Assembly: GCA_051313645.2 (NCBI GenBank)
Contig: JBNRSN020000008.1
Location: 191,456,001 to 191,520,000 of the forward strand
Reading direction: 5' to 3'
Source: Centroscyllium fabricii
Lineage: Eukaryota
DNA length: 64,000 nt
The notes under the pieces are model-generated. The model was given only the letters and a program-made list of their open reading frames with translations. It made no database searches and was not told where the DNA came from. Below, one piece after another: positions 35,220-47,964 of the stretch. Position 1 is the first letter of the stretch. Every line of letters starts with the position of its first letter. The position numbers and the translations under genes were made by a program.

Positions 35220-37633
35220 TATGACTCTATGACTCATTCATACCAGCGCTGTTCCACAAGCAACAATTAGATGACCATAAACTAAATGATAGTGTTGGAC
35301 TGAGAGAAGAGTGTTGACTCAGACACCATTTAGAACTCACTGATCATCTTTGAATAATGCTGTGGGCTCTTTAACATCCATCTGAACATTGGTCTAACAT
35401 CTTGCCAGGGCAATATTATAAAATCACAAGACCATGTATAATTTCCCCTCAAATGGATTATAACTCTGCTTATTTAACCTCAAAAAAGTTCTGCATAAAT
35501 ACTTGCCTAATTCCAGAGGTAAAGAAGCAGAATGTCATTAATCATCCATCCTCACATCTTCATTATTCAAACTGACCAGCTGCCGCCCATACACATCCCT
35601 GACCCTCAGCAGATCTACCATCATGACTCGTGTAGTATTTCACCAGCTCAGTCTGCATCCATCACACAGCCACCAATTCCACATCTCAATGTTTATCCAG
35701 ATGTTTATTTATAAATAAGTTAAATTCTTCACAATGATAAATAAAGTGCTGCAATAAGGGAGCTCAGCCTCATATCCCACAACGATATGCCCGAGGATGT
35801 AAATACACAGACACCTGCTGTGTGGACTCCTCTGTGTCTACAATGAAAACCCATGCCAGACCAAAAACAGGAAATAAATCCAGCCTCTTAAGCTCCATTT
35901 AACAAAAAGCAACAGATATAAGGGAGTCATTTCAAGGCTCTCTCATCCCAGTATCTTGAAGTTACATACTTTGCACTTGTATTTTGATATATAGACCCCT
36001 GAATCAGATTGCACCCTATAACCCACTTTCTTACAGTATTACAGGTGCACTGTCTTCACCCAAAAACAAAGAGGTTTGCCAAATAATTTTTCATAAAGAC
36101 AGTATCTCTTTAGTCCTGCACAGAGATTCAATAAATCAGTCTGCAAACATTCTAATATAGATAAATGGTCATTATTCAAAAAAATCTTTCAAAAACTGGG
36201 TTGAATTCCACAATAAACTAACATACTTGTGCAATCAATTAATGGATTGAAGCCAGCACCCATCCAATAGCTCAAGGTTTTATTTTCTGTTTCACTGTCA
36301 TTGACTATAATGATCTAGAACAATTTAACAAAAACAACAAACCCTTAAGCTAACTGAAGGCTCTGGTCGTGTGCATGTGCGTGCGCCTGTGCGCGCTGCG
36401 CATGCGTCTGCATCTTGTGTGCTTGTGTTGAGAGAGATTGTGTGGGCTCCCCCAGTACCTCATCTACTAAGTGTGCTGACCAATATGGAACTGAGCCATA
36501 CAGATTCAATAGGTTCCAGGTCTCACACAGTGTGTGCCACGTTGCTCATCTCAAGCAGCGGCAGAAAGACACTGTCATTAGCCTCGGTGTGCTTGGACAG
36601 GGGGCGGGGGGGGGGGGGGGGGGGGAATGAAAAAAAAAAATCAACCGTGCTCCCCACACTCTTGATTATTTTCCATTGAACCCTGCTGGAAAATGGAGAT
36701 CCATGGACACTAGGTGAGGACATCAAACGTAACTGTGGTCAAACAGTCTGCTGGCAAGCACTCAATGCCAGAGCATAGAGAGTCCTCTTAGGCAAAGCGC
36801 GAGAGGACTGCCGCCTCTGGGACTGGATCTGTTGCCAAGCAAGGATCAGCTCCATCAAGAGAGAAGGGAGCGAGGTGGTGGGGTGGGGGGGGGGGGGGGG
36901 GGGGGGAATGGAAAGAAAAATAAAGCAGGGTCCAACCATCGCTGCAGCCATAAACAATTTAAACCAGAGCTTTTATTCAGTTTTGACACGTGTGGTCTGT
37001 TTGTGTCATATTGGAGACTTCAGATTCTGTGTGTTTAAAATAAAATGAATAGTCTCTGCGCTGGAACGCTTCAGGCACCACTCTCAAGCATGAAGGAGGA
37101 GACAGTAAAATACAAGAGCCCTGTCTCCTGAGGGCAGTGCGCATCCATATTATTAAACAGAACAACACCGTCTGCAGCGGCAAACTATTGACCTGATGGC
37201 TTGAAAGGGGGAAAAAAAGAGTTACTTGAGTTTATGTTCTCATACCAGAGGCCCAACGTGCACTTTCACAGGCCCATTACCCACATGCCACACATATGGT
37301 GGCAGCACACTACAACACCGCACATGTAAACGTGCGCGCTCCAGACGGACAGCTCCACCATAGTGTGCTGACTTGGGAGCAGAGTTACTGCCCCCAGCAG
37401 CACAAGGGGGCTTTACTGCGATTGGTCATTAATACAGGGCACTGGCCCGGAGGACACAACTGAGCCCGACAGCGCTATGGAGGTAGGCTGACATCAGTAG
37501 ATACACATTCAGTAACACAAGGGGCCCACGGTGAGATGTTACCGTGCTTAGCAGGGTGAGGAAGCAGCATTAACATCAATAGAAATAGTCAGTAACACAG
37601 GCTGCTTCAGGGATTGTGAGGATCAGTAACTAC

Positions 37634-38361
37634 GGACGGCACGGTGGCATAGTGGTTAGCACTGTTGCCTCACAGCACCGGGGGCCCGGGTTCAAATCCA
37701 GCCTCGGGTGACTATCTGTGTAGAGTTTGCACATTCTCCCACCCAGTGTCTGCGTGGGTTTCCTCCGGGTGCTCCGGTTTCCTCCCACAGTCCAAAGATG
37801 TGCGGGTTAGGTTGATTGGCCATGATAACTTGACCCTTAGTGTTAGGGGGATTAAATATGTGGGGTTACGGGGGTAGGGTGGGATATGTGTCGGTGCAGG
37901 CTCGATGGGCCAAAATGGCCTCTATCTGCACTGTAAACATAGAAACATAGAAACCAGGAGCAGGAGTAGGCCATTCGGCCCTTCGAGCCTGCTCCGCCAT
38001 TCAATGAGATCATGGCTGACCATCCAAACCCAGCACCCCGCCCCTGCCCCCTCCCCATATCCCTCGATCCCTATCGAGCCTGCACCGACACATACCCCAC
38101 CCTATCCCCGTAACCCCACATATTCAATCCCCCTAACACTAAGGGCCAATTTATCCTGGCCAATCAACCTAACCCGCACATCTTTGGACTGTGGGAGGAA
38201 ACCGGAGCACCCGGAGAAAACCCACGCAGACACGGGGAGAATGTGCAAACTCCACACAGATAGCACCCGAGGCTGGACCTGAACCCGGGTCTCCAGTGCT
38301 GTGAGGCAACAGTGCTAACCACTGTGCCACCGTGCCGCCCTGTAGGGATTCTATGATTCTA
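37634..38361 (+). mobile_element. HE1-like V-SINE, short-tail form, with its tail split by a second SINE
   Basis: Body at 37634-37935; the tail GGGATTCTATGATTCT resumes at about 38345. Confidence 0.88.
37937..38339 (-). mobile_element. HE1-like V-SINE, long-tail form, nested antisense
   Basis: Full-length reverse copy with CTGTA on both sides (37931-37935 and 38340-38344). Confidence 0.9.
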
Positions 38362-38363
38362 TA

Positions 38364-38763
38364 GGGGTGGCACGGTGGCATAGTGGTTAGCACTGTTGCC
38401 TCACAGCACTGGAGACCCGGGATCAAATCCAGCCTCAGGTACTATCTGTGTGGAGTTTGCACATTCTCCCTATGTCTGCGTGGGTTTCCTCCGGGTGCTC
38501 CGGTTTCCTCCCACAGTCCAAAGATGTGCGGGTTAGGTTGATTGGCCATGATAAGTTGACCCTTAGTGTTAGGGGGATTGAATATGTGCGGTTACGGAGA
38601 TAGGGTGGGATATGTGTCGGTGCAGGCTCGATAGGGATCGAGGGATATGGGGAGAGGGCAGGGGCGGGGTGCTGGGTTTGGATGATCAGCCATGATCTCA
38701 TTGAATGGCAGAGCAGGCTCGAAGGGCTGAATGGCCTACTCCTGCTCCTATCTTCTATGTTCT
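38364..38763 (+). mobile_element. HE1-like V-SINE, long-tail form
   Basis: Full head, V-domain and tail. Confidence 0.92.
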
Positions 38764-40693
38764 ACCCTTGACCAGTGCCATGATGGTGTGATCAACATCA
38801 GCACTTACGGCTCCAAATTTTTTTTAGAAATTGATACAAAACAGATAACAAGATTACTGAATAAATGTACTCTTATTCATGAGAATTTAAAGGATGTTGA
38901 TCAGATGGTATTTAAGAAAAGGCAAAAAGAAATTAAACCCAATGAGCCCTGGCTGCTTTGGTTTGATCGCTACCATACATTCTCCCCAGATCCCCATCTC
39001 CTCTTTCTGCAGAAACACATCCCATTGTCTCTTAAACCTATTTTTTCAATTTGGGCATTACAGGTCTTGGCTGGTCTTTATGCCCTCTATCCTCAGTGTG
39101 AAATATGTTGCCCAGAGTCCCCAATGCCCCTGTTCTTACCTATACGTGACTCCTGCCGCACACCAATGTGGCTGACTCGTAACTGCCCACCACCACCTGC
39201 TCCAGATGACTAGGCATGGGCAATAATGGCCAGCCTTGCCAGCGATGCCCACATCCCTGAGAATGAATAAAAAATAAGGCCACAAAGCTTCCAAGGTAAT
39301 TACACCATGAATGCTTGCACACACAAACACAGCCTTCTTTATTAGTGTTGAAAGCCATCTGGGAGGCTCAAGTCCAGAGACAACCATTTCACACCTTTTC
39401 TGGCCCTGCGTGAAATCCTTTATTAAAGAGTCTGGAAGGTAAAGGGAGGGTGGGGAGGGGGAAGAGTTGTAAAGTGGAGCTGGCCGGTCTAGAAATCCAT
39501 GCTTACGGTGGCTCAAAGGCCTCCCAAGACACTTACTGACTGTTGAGAACATTGGGGGAACTCTTCTGATACACAGAGTCAGAGTTATACAGCACAGAAA
39601 GAGGCCTTTCGGCCCATCGCGTCCACGCCGGCCATCAAGCCCTGTCTATTCTCATCCCATTTTTGAGCATTTGGTCCGTAGCCTTGTGTGCTATGGCGTT
39701 TCAAGTGCTCATCTAAATGCTTCTTGAATGTTGTGAGGGTTCCTGCCTCTACCACCCTTTCAGGCCGTGAGTTCCAGATTTCAAACACCCTCTGGGTGAA
39801 AAAGCTCTTCCTCAAATCCCCTCTAAACCTCCCGCCCCTTACCTTGAAACTATGCCCCCTTGTTATTGACCCCTCTACTAAGGGAAAAAGTTCCTTTCTA
39901 TCTACCCTATCTATGCCCCCATAATTTTGTGCACCTCAATCAGGTCCCCCCTCAGCCTTCTCTGCTCCAAGGAAAACAACCCCAGCCTGTCCAGTCTTTC
40001 TTCATAGCTGAAGCGCTCCATCCCAGGTAACATCCTGGTGAATCTCCTCTGCACCCTCCCCAAAGCAATCACATCCTTCCTATAGTGTGGCGACCAGAAC
40101 TGCACACAGTACTCCAGTTGTGGCCTTATCAGCGTTTTTTACAGCTCCATCATAACCTCCCTGCTCTTATATTCTATGCCTCGGCTAATGAAGGCAAGTG
40201 TCCCATATGCCTTTTTAATCGCCTTAACTACCTGTCCGCTGCCTTCAGGGATCTATGTACATGCACACCAAGGTCCCTCTGATCCTCTGTCTTTCCGAGG
40301 GTCTTACCATTCATTGTGTATTCCCTTGCCTTATTAGTCCTTCCAAAATGCATCACCTCACTCTTTTCAGGGTTAAATTCCATTTGCCACTGTTCCGCCC
40401 ATCTGACCAACCCATCTATATCGTCCTGTAGACTGAGGCTTCCCTCCTCGCTATTTACCACCCCACCAATTTTCGTGTCATCTGCAAACTTACTGATCAT
40501 ACCTTTTACATTCATATCCAAATCATTAATGTGGACTACAAACAGCAAGGGACCCAGCACTGATCCCTGCGGTACCCCACTGGACACAGGCTTCCAGTCA
40601 CAAAAACAACCTTCGACCATCACCCTCTGCCTTCTGCCACGAATGCAAGAAGTCACACAACACCAGATTATAGTCCAACAGTTTTATTTTAAA

Positions 40694-40731
40694 TCACAAG
40701 CTTTCGGAGCTTTTGCCCCTTCGTCAGGTGA
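40694..40731 (-). ncRNA. Minimal hammerhead ribozyme motif, minus-strand copy
   Basis: Exact reverse complement of 40797-40834. Confidence 0.65.
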
Positions 40732-40796
40732 AAGAGAGAGACTGACTTGAAGAACGCACATAGTTCTTGTGCGTTCTTCAAGTCAGTCTCTCTCTT

Positions 40797-40834
40797 TCAC
40801 CTGACGAAGGGGCAAAAGCTCCGAAAGCTTGTGA
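40797..40834 (+). ncRNA. Minimal hammerhead ribozyme motif
   Basis: UCAC-CUGACGA-A-GGGGC-AAAA-GCUCC-GAAA-GC-UU-GUGA, with helix I UCAC/GUGA, helix II GGGGC/GCUCC and palindromic AAGCUU. Confidence 0.65.
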
Positions 40835-41479
40835 TTTAAAATAAAACTGTTGGACTATAATCTGGTGTTGTGTGACTTCGTGCATTTGTCCACCCCAGTC
40901 CAACACCGGCACCTCCACATCACATCTTCTGCCACTAAGCCAGTTTTGGATCCAGTGTGCCAAGGTGCCCTGGATCCCATGGGCTCTTACCTTCTTGACC
41001 AGTCACCTATGCGGGACTTTATCAAAAGCCTTATTGAAATCCATGTATACCACATCCACTGCACTACCCTCATCCACACACATAGTCACCCCCTCGAAAA
41101 ATGTGTCACTCAGATCAGTTAATTGCATGGAGCGAGTTCCTCGTTGAAATGAAGATATAAATAAACAGGGTTTAACACATCTCCAGCAGATGCCCTTTGG
41201 TCAGTAGCAGTCTGCAGTCAGTACAGTAGCAACAGTAGCATCTTCCCTTAGACTTCTTTGTTGGATGGAGTTTCTAATGTCGTCTTGTCTACCTAGCAGA
41301 TGGAAGAATGTACGCTTACCAGTGCAAGGCTGTACCCATTACCAGCAGAGATAAGTGTGCCATTTCACTGTGCAAGTAAGTGTCCGAGATTAAGGAAGCT
41401 GAGAGACGAGCCCAGCTGGCTCAGGTACCGTTCTCGTGCAAAAGGTGGGTTCAGCCGGAACCAAAGATCTACGGTTACA

Positions 41480-41860
41480 GATATAGGGATTTGAACACCA
41501 GAATGAGAATTTTAAAATTGAGGCGTTGTTGGACTGGGAGCCAATGTCGGTCAGCGAACACAGTGGTGATGGGTGAATGGGACTTGGCGCGAGTTACGAT
41601 GCAGGCTACGGAGTTTTGGACGAGCTCAAATTTGCAAAGGGTGGTAGATGGGAGGCTGGCCAGGACAGCACTGGCATAATATGGGATTGAAGCTCTGGAA
41701 TTCCCTCGCTAAACCTCTCTCTCCTCCTTGAAGACCCTCCCTGAATCCTACCTCTTTGACCAAGCTTTTGGTCACCTGTCCCAATGATAATGCTCCTGTG
41801 AAGCACCCTGGGACGTTTTTCTCAGTTAAAGGCGCCATATAAATGCATGCTGCTGTTGTT
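41480..41860. mobile_element. Two L2 fragments in opposite orientation (about 41480-41672 minus; about 41690-41860 plus)
   Basis: Match the L2 body at 45880-46070 and the L2 3' end at 51490-51708. Confidence 0.7.
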
Positions 41861-42394
41861 GTTGGTTCCTTAATAACGAATTAAGTGAGGGTGTTATGGA
41901 TTTGGCATATATTTGTTGGGATGCCGAAACCCAGTTTTCTTCCAGAGCAACGGAATATGTGCGCGCTGTTGCGGGAGGGTCGGTCGGAATTTGTTGTGGA
42001 ACCTGAACCCGTCAGATTTCCACCCCTCAAGATCCCCCTAAGAAAGTGTGTACTGAGAGTGTAGGTGCTTCTTCATCTGCCCTCCTTACATTCATCGAAG
42101 CATTTCCAGGCTTCTTCAGGGAAGCCCAGCAGGACTTAAAGCTGCAGAGAGCAGGCGCATGTCCCATTGTGGACCTAAAATGGGGCCTGAAGCAGCAACG
42201 GCAAATGGCAGAAGGATCGTTTGTTGTCACGACAAAGCCATACATCACCATAGTGGAAACAAAATAAAATTCAATTCTTGACTTCGGTTTTCAGTCCAAT
42301 CCAAACCGTAGGCGCCCCTCTATCGGAGCGGCAGAGTGCTGATCTGACTATTGGCTGTCTCAGTGGGTGCCTGCTCAAATCATGGTGATCACCC

Positions 42395-42659
42395 TGTCGT
42401 AAAACACGACTTCCGAAATAACCTAGGAAGAGTTACTGGTCGGACTTCCAAAGCAACCTAGGAACAGTTACTGGTCGGCCAGCTGAGGGCACCGACCAGG
42501 GAATATAAATACTGGGGCCTGAGCCCCAGTTTAGACAGAGATACTCTGGAACTAGGAGGCTAGTGACTGTAAACTAGTTCTCTCTCTTTATGTTATGTTT
42601 AAGTTGAATAAAGCCTTGCTTTATGTTCACCAAGAGCTTGGTAAATCTTTATTACAACA
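42395..42659 (+). mobile_element. Solo LTR, 265 bp
   Basis: TG...CA ends and 5-bp TSD CACCC (42390-42394 and 42660-42664). TATAAATA at about 42503, AATAAA at about 42607, and a duplicated U3 block AACCTAGGAA(G/C)AGTTACTGGTCGG. Confidence 0.85.
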
Positions 42660-44424
42660 CACCCTATCCCCAGGATGGGTTCATCAGGAGGCCAATGGCA
42701 CAGTTGCTCCTAGTTTTTGAACACATCACCTTTACCAATTGTCCCCCGCCTCCCAATGTTTCCCCCTCCTGCTGCCACCTTGTTGAACTGGCTATTCTTC
42801 ATTTATGAGCCTTGGGGAGTATTGGCAAGTTATGGAGGCAGAACGCAAGACTGTCCTCGTGCATTTCTTGGTGCTGAATAGTGATCAGATGCAGGCAAGC
42901 GGCTGCTTTACCTCCTCTCAAGTCATACTACTATTGGTGCTGCTCCACGCAGATCGCCAACTCCGCAGAGAGCAGGGTGTCAAACCTCAATCCGACTGGT
43001 CTGTACGGCCCAGCACCCCATCACCTGGTGCCCTTACCTACCAAGCCTTCGGGAAACTCGGTTTCCCATCACCTTCATCATTTTGAAAGCTTCTGTTAGC
43101 TTACCTCAGTCTCATTCTCCACCCACCGCCTCCCAAACAAAAACAATTCCAATTTCTTAACCTTTCCTCTGTGGAGGCCCTACACTGCATTCTTCAAATG
43201 GAGAACATCCTTCACGTGGCAAGTGTAGTGCACAGTACTCTAGGCTGCTTCATGTTAAATTAACAATGGAATATCTTCCTCAATTCAGTCGCATTAGCGG
43301 GAAGCTAAATGTAAGTTAGTAAGTTAGAAAGCAGTGTCATTAGTCACCAACAAAAGCAAATGGAGGACAATATATACCTTAGTCATGACAGGGGGCTTCC
43401 ACTTCAAAACTAAAACCCTAATCAGCAAAAAAGGTGGACACATTATAAAAGATTGTGTTAGTATTTCTGACAGTGTCCTGCTGTTGAAGGTCTAGTAAGC
43501 CCCATCTGTTGAACAGGTCAAGTGGATTGTTTGATAGAGTCCCCTAATGACACTAAGTAAATTCAATTTATTTGAACAATATATTATTCATGCAGTGGTT
43601 GTACTTGCATCTAGAATGAAAACAGAGGTGGCCCATTAATGTGTACACTTTGTATAATGGATGAATAGGTTTACATGTATAATTGATGGTGCAACATCTG
43701 ACTCGCTGGTGGAATGAAGGAAGGCATGTGTAGAGACCCTGTCACTACTCGCCATGTTGAATCAGAAATGCATAGGCACCGTCAGCAGTCTCTGTTTGAT
43801 GTGCCATTAGTAGTGAGAATAATTAAATCACACCTTGCCTAGGAGGCTGTTGAATGTAACACAAGGACACCCTATGGACTCACCTGTGTATTACATTGAG
43901 GTGAGTATTGACACCACTGCGTCAGCCAATAAGTTGGAGGTGGGGCAGGACTCAGAGCAAACAGTCTATTTTACAGCAAACAGGGTCTGTTTAAACAAAG
44001 TCTCTACGAACTACAGCAAAGTCTCCCGATAAAAGCAGGATTAATTCTCCAGCAAAATGCAGTGAGTGGAGGATAGTTACAAATTCTGTGCGTAAAATCA
44101 ATCCCAGTCACTTACAGCAGTGCTGTCTCTAGGTGTGACTGACAGGGAAATTGGTGTGACTGACAGGGAAATTGCCCAATCATCTCCATTGTGGCCGGGA
44201 ATAGTGGTGTCACTATGTGCAGCCATACACACACACACACAACTCCACTTATGGTAGTTCTACAGCTGCAGCAAGTTCTCCAAAGTCCTGCCCAAGTGAC
44301 CATTCTTCATGTGTGAACATAGACAGTGAGTGTCGGCAGCCTATTTCACTCCAACATCCACACACAGGGTCCACACACAAGGTCACTGGATTGTGATCTA
44401 TAGCAGGAACGCAGGATCATTTCT

Positions 44425-44962
44425 TCCTTTTTTTAATTCATTGATGGGATGTGGGCGTCGCTGGCTGGCTAGGCCTGCATTTAGTGCCCATCCCTAATTG
44501 CCCTTGAGAAGATGGTGGTGAGCTGCCTTCTTGAACTGCTGCAGTCCATATGGTGTACGTACACCCACAATGTTGTTAGGAAGGGAGTTGGTCCGTCCGG
44601 TTTTATTCTTATTGGTTTTCATAGCGGTTGTTTACAACTGAGTGGCTTGCTAGGCCATTCCAGAGGGCATTAAGAGTCAACCACATTGCTGTGGGTCTGG
44701 AGTCACATGTAGGCCAGACCAGGTAAGGACGGCAGATTTCCTTCCCTAAAGGGCATTAGTGAACCAGATGGGTTTTTGCAACAATCGACAATGGTATCAT
44801 GGTCGCCATTACTAAGACTATCATTTTAATTCCAGAAGTAAATTGAATTGAATTTAAATTCCACCAGCTGCCGTGGTGGGATTTGAACCCATATCCTCAG
44901 AGCATTTGACTGAGCCTCTGGCTTACTAGTCTAGTGATATAACCACTACGCCACCGCCTCCC
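44425..44962 (-). mobile_element. tRNA-derived SINE with a LINE-like tail (not the V-SINE family)
   Basis: The minus strand begins GGGAGGCGGTGGCGTAGTGGTT (A box)...GGGTTCAAATCCC (B box). The tail is shared with 32785-32940 and about 39190-39275. Confidence 0.75.
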
Positions 44963-45537
44963 CTTCCCTGGTTCACGGCTGCTGAGGTCGACCCAGCAAA
45001 CCCAGCACAGAGCAGGGCTCAAAACTGGGGCCATCCAAGTCCATGTGGCTCAACCTCTCACCACGGTGCTTTTATTCACCAAGTTACTCCTAGTAGGAGT
45101 ATTACAAGTGTTCTCATTGGACCTGGTTTCATTCTCAACTAGCAGCATTGTGAGCACAAGCGGGCTGATCCATCTCCACATCCTATCTATTGAGACCAGC
45201 CTATTCTTTGTAGAATACAACAGAATTTTTATTGAATCTCTGAGCTGCACAAGTTGGGAGGCACCAAGTGGAGTCTGCCACATCTCCCAGCAAGTGTTGA
45301 GGAAGCGGGTATTAAATCAGAGGGAGAGCCAAGCTCAAGAGGTCCTCAGCGACTCCTAGCTGACAACTACTGGGGCACTGTCATTGTCTGGGTACAGGCC
45401 TTGCACCTACCTGCCGGCTGTGAAGGCCACAGGATTAGACAGACAAAGACATGAATAAAATTAGAGGGCAAGGGGGTGAGGGGAACTTACCAAAAATATA
45501 TTTTTTTAAATGGTGGTGTTTTTACTATAATCCTGTA

Positions 45538-46180
45538 ACAACAAGAAGTATGTATACAGCACCTTTAACGTACATCCCAAGGCACTTCACAGGAGAATTA
45601 TAAAATTTGACACCGAGCCACATAAGGAGAAATTAGGGCAGCTGAACAAAAGCTTGTTCAAAGAGTTAGGTTTTATGGAGCATCTTAAAGAAGGAAAGAG
45701 AGGCGGAGAGGTTTAGGGAGGAAATTCCAGAGCTTAGGGCCTAGGTAACAGAAGGCACGACCACCGATGGTTGAGTGATTATAATCAGGGATGCTCAAGA
45801 AGCTAGAATTAGAGCGCAGATATCTCGGGGGGGTTGTGGGGCTGGGGGGAATTACAGAGATAGGGAGGGGCGAGGCCATGGAGGGATTTGAAAACAAGGA
45901 TGAGAATTGTAAAATCAAGGAGTTGCTTTACCAGGAGCCGGTGTAGGCCAGCGAGCACAGGGGTGATGGGTGAACGGGACCTGGTGGGAGTTAGGACACA
46001 GGCAACCAAGTTTTGGCTGACCTCAAGGTTACACGGTGTAGAATGTGCGAGACCAGCCAGGTGTGTGTTGGAAGAGTCAAATCTAAAGTTAACCAAGGCC
46101 TGGATGAGGGTTTTAGCAGCAGATGAGCTGAGGCAGGGGCAGAGACGGACAATGTTACGGAGGTGGAAATTGGCAGGCTT
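45538..46180 (-). mobile_element. L2 LINE 3' fragment
   Basis: ORF 45809..46219 contains FHLRNIVRLCPCLSSSAAKTLIQALV..RSPITPVLAGLH.L. Confidence 0.88.
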
Positions 46181-46271
46181 AGTTATAAGATGATCAGTTA
46201 TTTTTAGATAAACTAACAAAATCTTTTTCTAACTCCACTGATGGTACCACAGTTTTTTGGAGCTACACATT

Positions 46272-47017
46272 GGCCCAAAAATTAGGGTGACCGCGGGCCG
46301 TTCTGGAGCCGGGTGTTCACGCGTGTGGGCTCCGAATTGCAGGTAGATGCTTTATCCCGGTGCTACCTGCAATTCCGATGAAGGCCAGTGGGGGCTCGCG
46401 AGCTGAAGCGCGTTCGCCTGCGCACCAGGAGGTGCGCAGTAGTATTCGAATTTTTTTTTAAAGAATTTTTTTATCTGTGTAAGTATTGAAGATTTTACGC
46501 TGAAAAATATCAGCCGTAACGACCCCTTTTTAGCAGGTAAGTCTTTATTTTATAGAATTTAAGTATTTTTTTCAACAGGTTTTTAATTTTTTAAACTTTA
46601 AAGACAGGTAAGTATTTTTTTAGGCCAGTTAAAAACTTTTTTAAAAAATCTAAATTTAAATTTTTTCTTTAAAATAGGTAATTTATGTTCGAGTATTGTT
46701 AAAAAATGCGGTGTTTTTTTAATTTTATTTTTGTGTTTAGATGTGTTTTTGAAGCTCTTCCTTTTCATAACTTACACAGATCTCTCAGTGTAAGTTATGA
46801 ATGGAGGATTGCTTCCATTCATTGGCTCCCTGCAGATTACGTGGTCCCGCGCGTGCTCTCGCACTAACTACGACGCTGAGTTGCCTCAGCACAGCGCCTG
46901 GAGCAACACTCCAAATCGGGATTTCACATCGCAGAATTGGAGAATGGCAGGAGCGCAGGGCAAGTGGACCTCGGAGGCATACACGCGCAGGAAGCCTCCA
47001 AGGCTAATGTTTGGGCC
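46272..47017 (+). mobile_element. Harbinger-type non-autonomous DNA element
   Basis: TIRs GGCCCAAAAATTAG / CTAATGTTTGGGCC and 3-bp TSD ATT (46269-46271 and 47018-47020); homolog of 17595-18381. Confidence 0.8.
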
Positions 47018-47124
47018 ATTAAGATAACAGTCACAGCAAGGACAAGCTTAAAGCAGCATTCAATTCCTTTTCCTGATTAATGGAGAAGCTGTATGCAAGG
47101 TGCAGGGGACCAGACATCAAGGTG

Positions 47125-47489
47125 CAGGTTGAGCACCGGTAATCCGCTAACTTAAGTCGCCCGGAACGAATCCGGCCGACTGGTCTACGCATGCGCAAAA
47201 TGGCCGCCACGCTTGGCTGCGCATGCCCGGACCTCCCCGAACGATTGACGCTTCGGCGAGCGCATGCGCAGACCATTCAAAATGCTTCGCGGTGGCCATT
47301 TTGAATGGTTCTGAACGATTGATGCTTCGGCGACCGCATGCGCAGACCATTCTAAATGGCCGCTGGCCTTCGCGGCGGACATTTTGAATGGTCTGCGCAT
47401 GCGCTCGCCGAAGCTTCAATCGTTCGGAGTTTTCACTTGTCCGGCACCGGCCAGGTCCCGCCCGTGCCGGATTAACGGTGTCGGACCTG
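47125..47489. mobile_element. pogo/Tigger-like MITE
   Basis: CAGGTTGAGCACCGGTAATCCG...CGGATTAACGGTGTCGGACCTG|TA; the left flank is TG. Confidence 0.85.
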
Positions 47490-47964
47490 TACAACGATTC
47501 AGTCTGACCTGGTGACATATGGCAGTAACAGCGACAATGGCTACTTGTCACACTGACAATGTGAGATTATTAATTATTATTACATATGAAGTTCAATGAA
47601 CATTTAATGTATTAAGTATAACTAGTTTTGCTTTTGATGGGGAGGCAGTTTTTTTTGCGCTAGAAACACAAGTTTCAGTTAAATAAGAGTGATAAATGGA
47701 CGTGTTAAGACAACAGGGACTATAGTACACAAGGCTGTCATTATAGGAACCTCAAATACACAATCAGAGTTTCTACTACATTATCCATCAGCAGCCTGCA
47801 GAGAAACCCTTGCAGCAGGAGAACATAATCTAATTTATTACAAATTAGAAATGTTTAAAACTCGATTAAAATTCCTGTTGAAACATCAGTGCATCAGTGA
47901 ATGACATGACCAGTCGGTTTTATAAACAAGCTAACTTCAACTCCAGTTAAACAGTTTGTTAATA

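Larger units (their letters stand above)
40641..40925. mobile_element. Penelope-like inverted pLTR insertion
   Basis: 10-bp TSD CTTCTGCCAC (40631-40640 and 40926-40935). Inverted arms of 119 bp at 40642-40760 and 40768-40886 with one mismatch. Confidence 0.85.
39577..41100 (-). mobile_element. CR1 LINE RT and 3' end, interrupted by a Penelope-like palindrome
   Basis: ORFs 40228..40656 (GVPQGSVLGP, KFADDTK), 39911..40105 and 39585..39815. Confidence 0.95.

Noticed and set aside
36601-36910. Long poly-G runs as functional G-quadruplex elements
   Set aside because: Homopolymers are common across this window and their length is error-prone; there is no independent support
42311-42326. CTCF-like site GCGCCCCTCTATCGG
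   Set aside because: The spacing deviates from the core consensus; too weak to call
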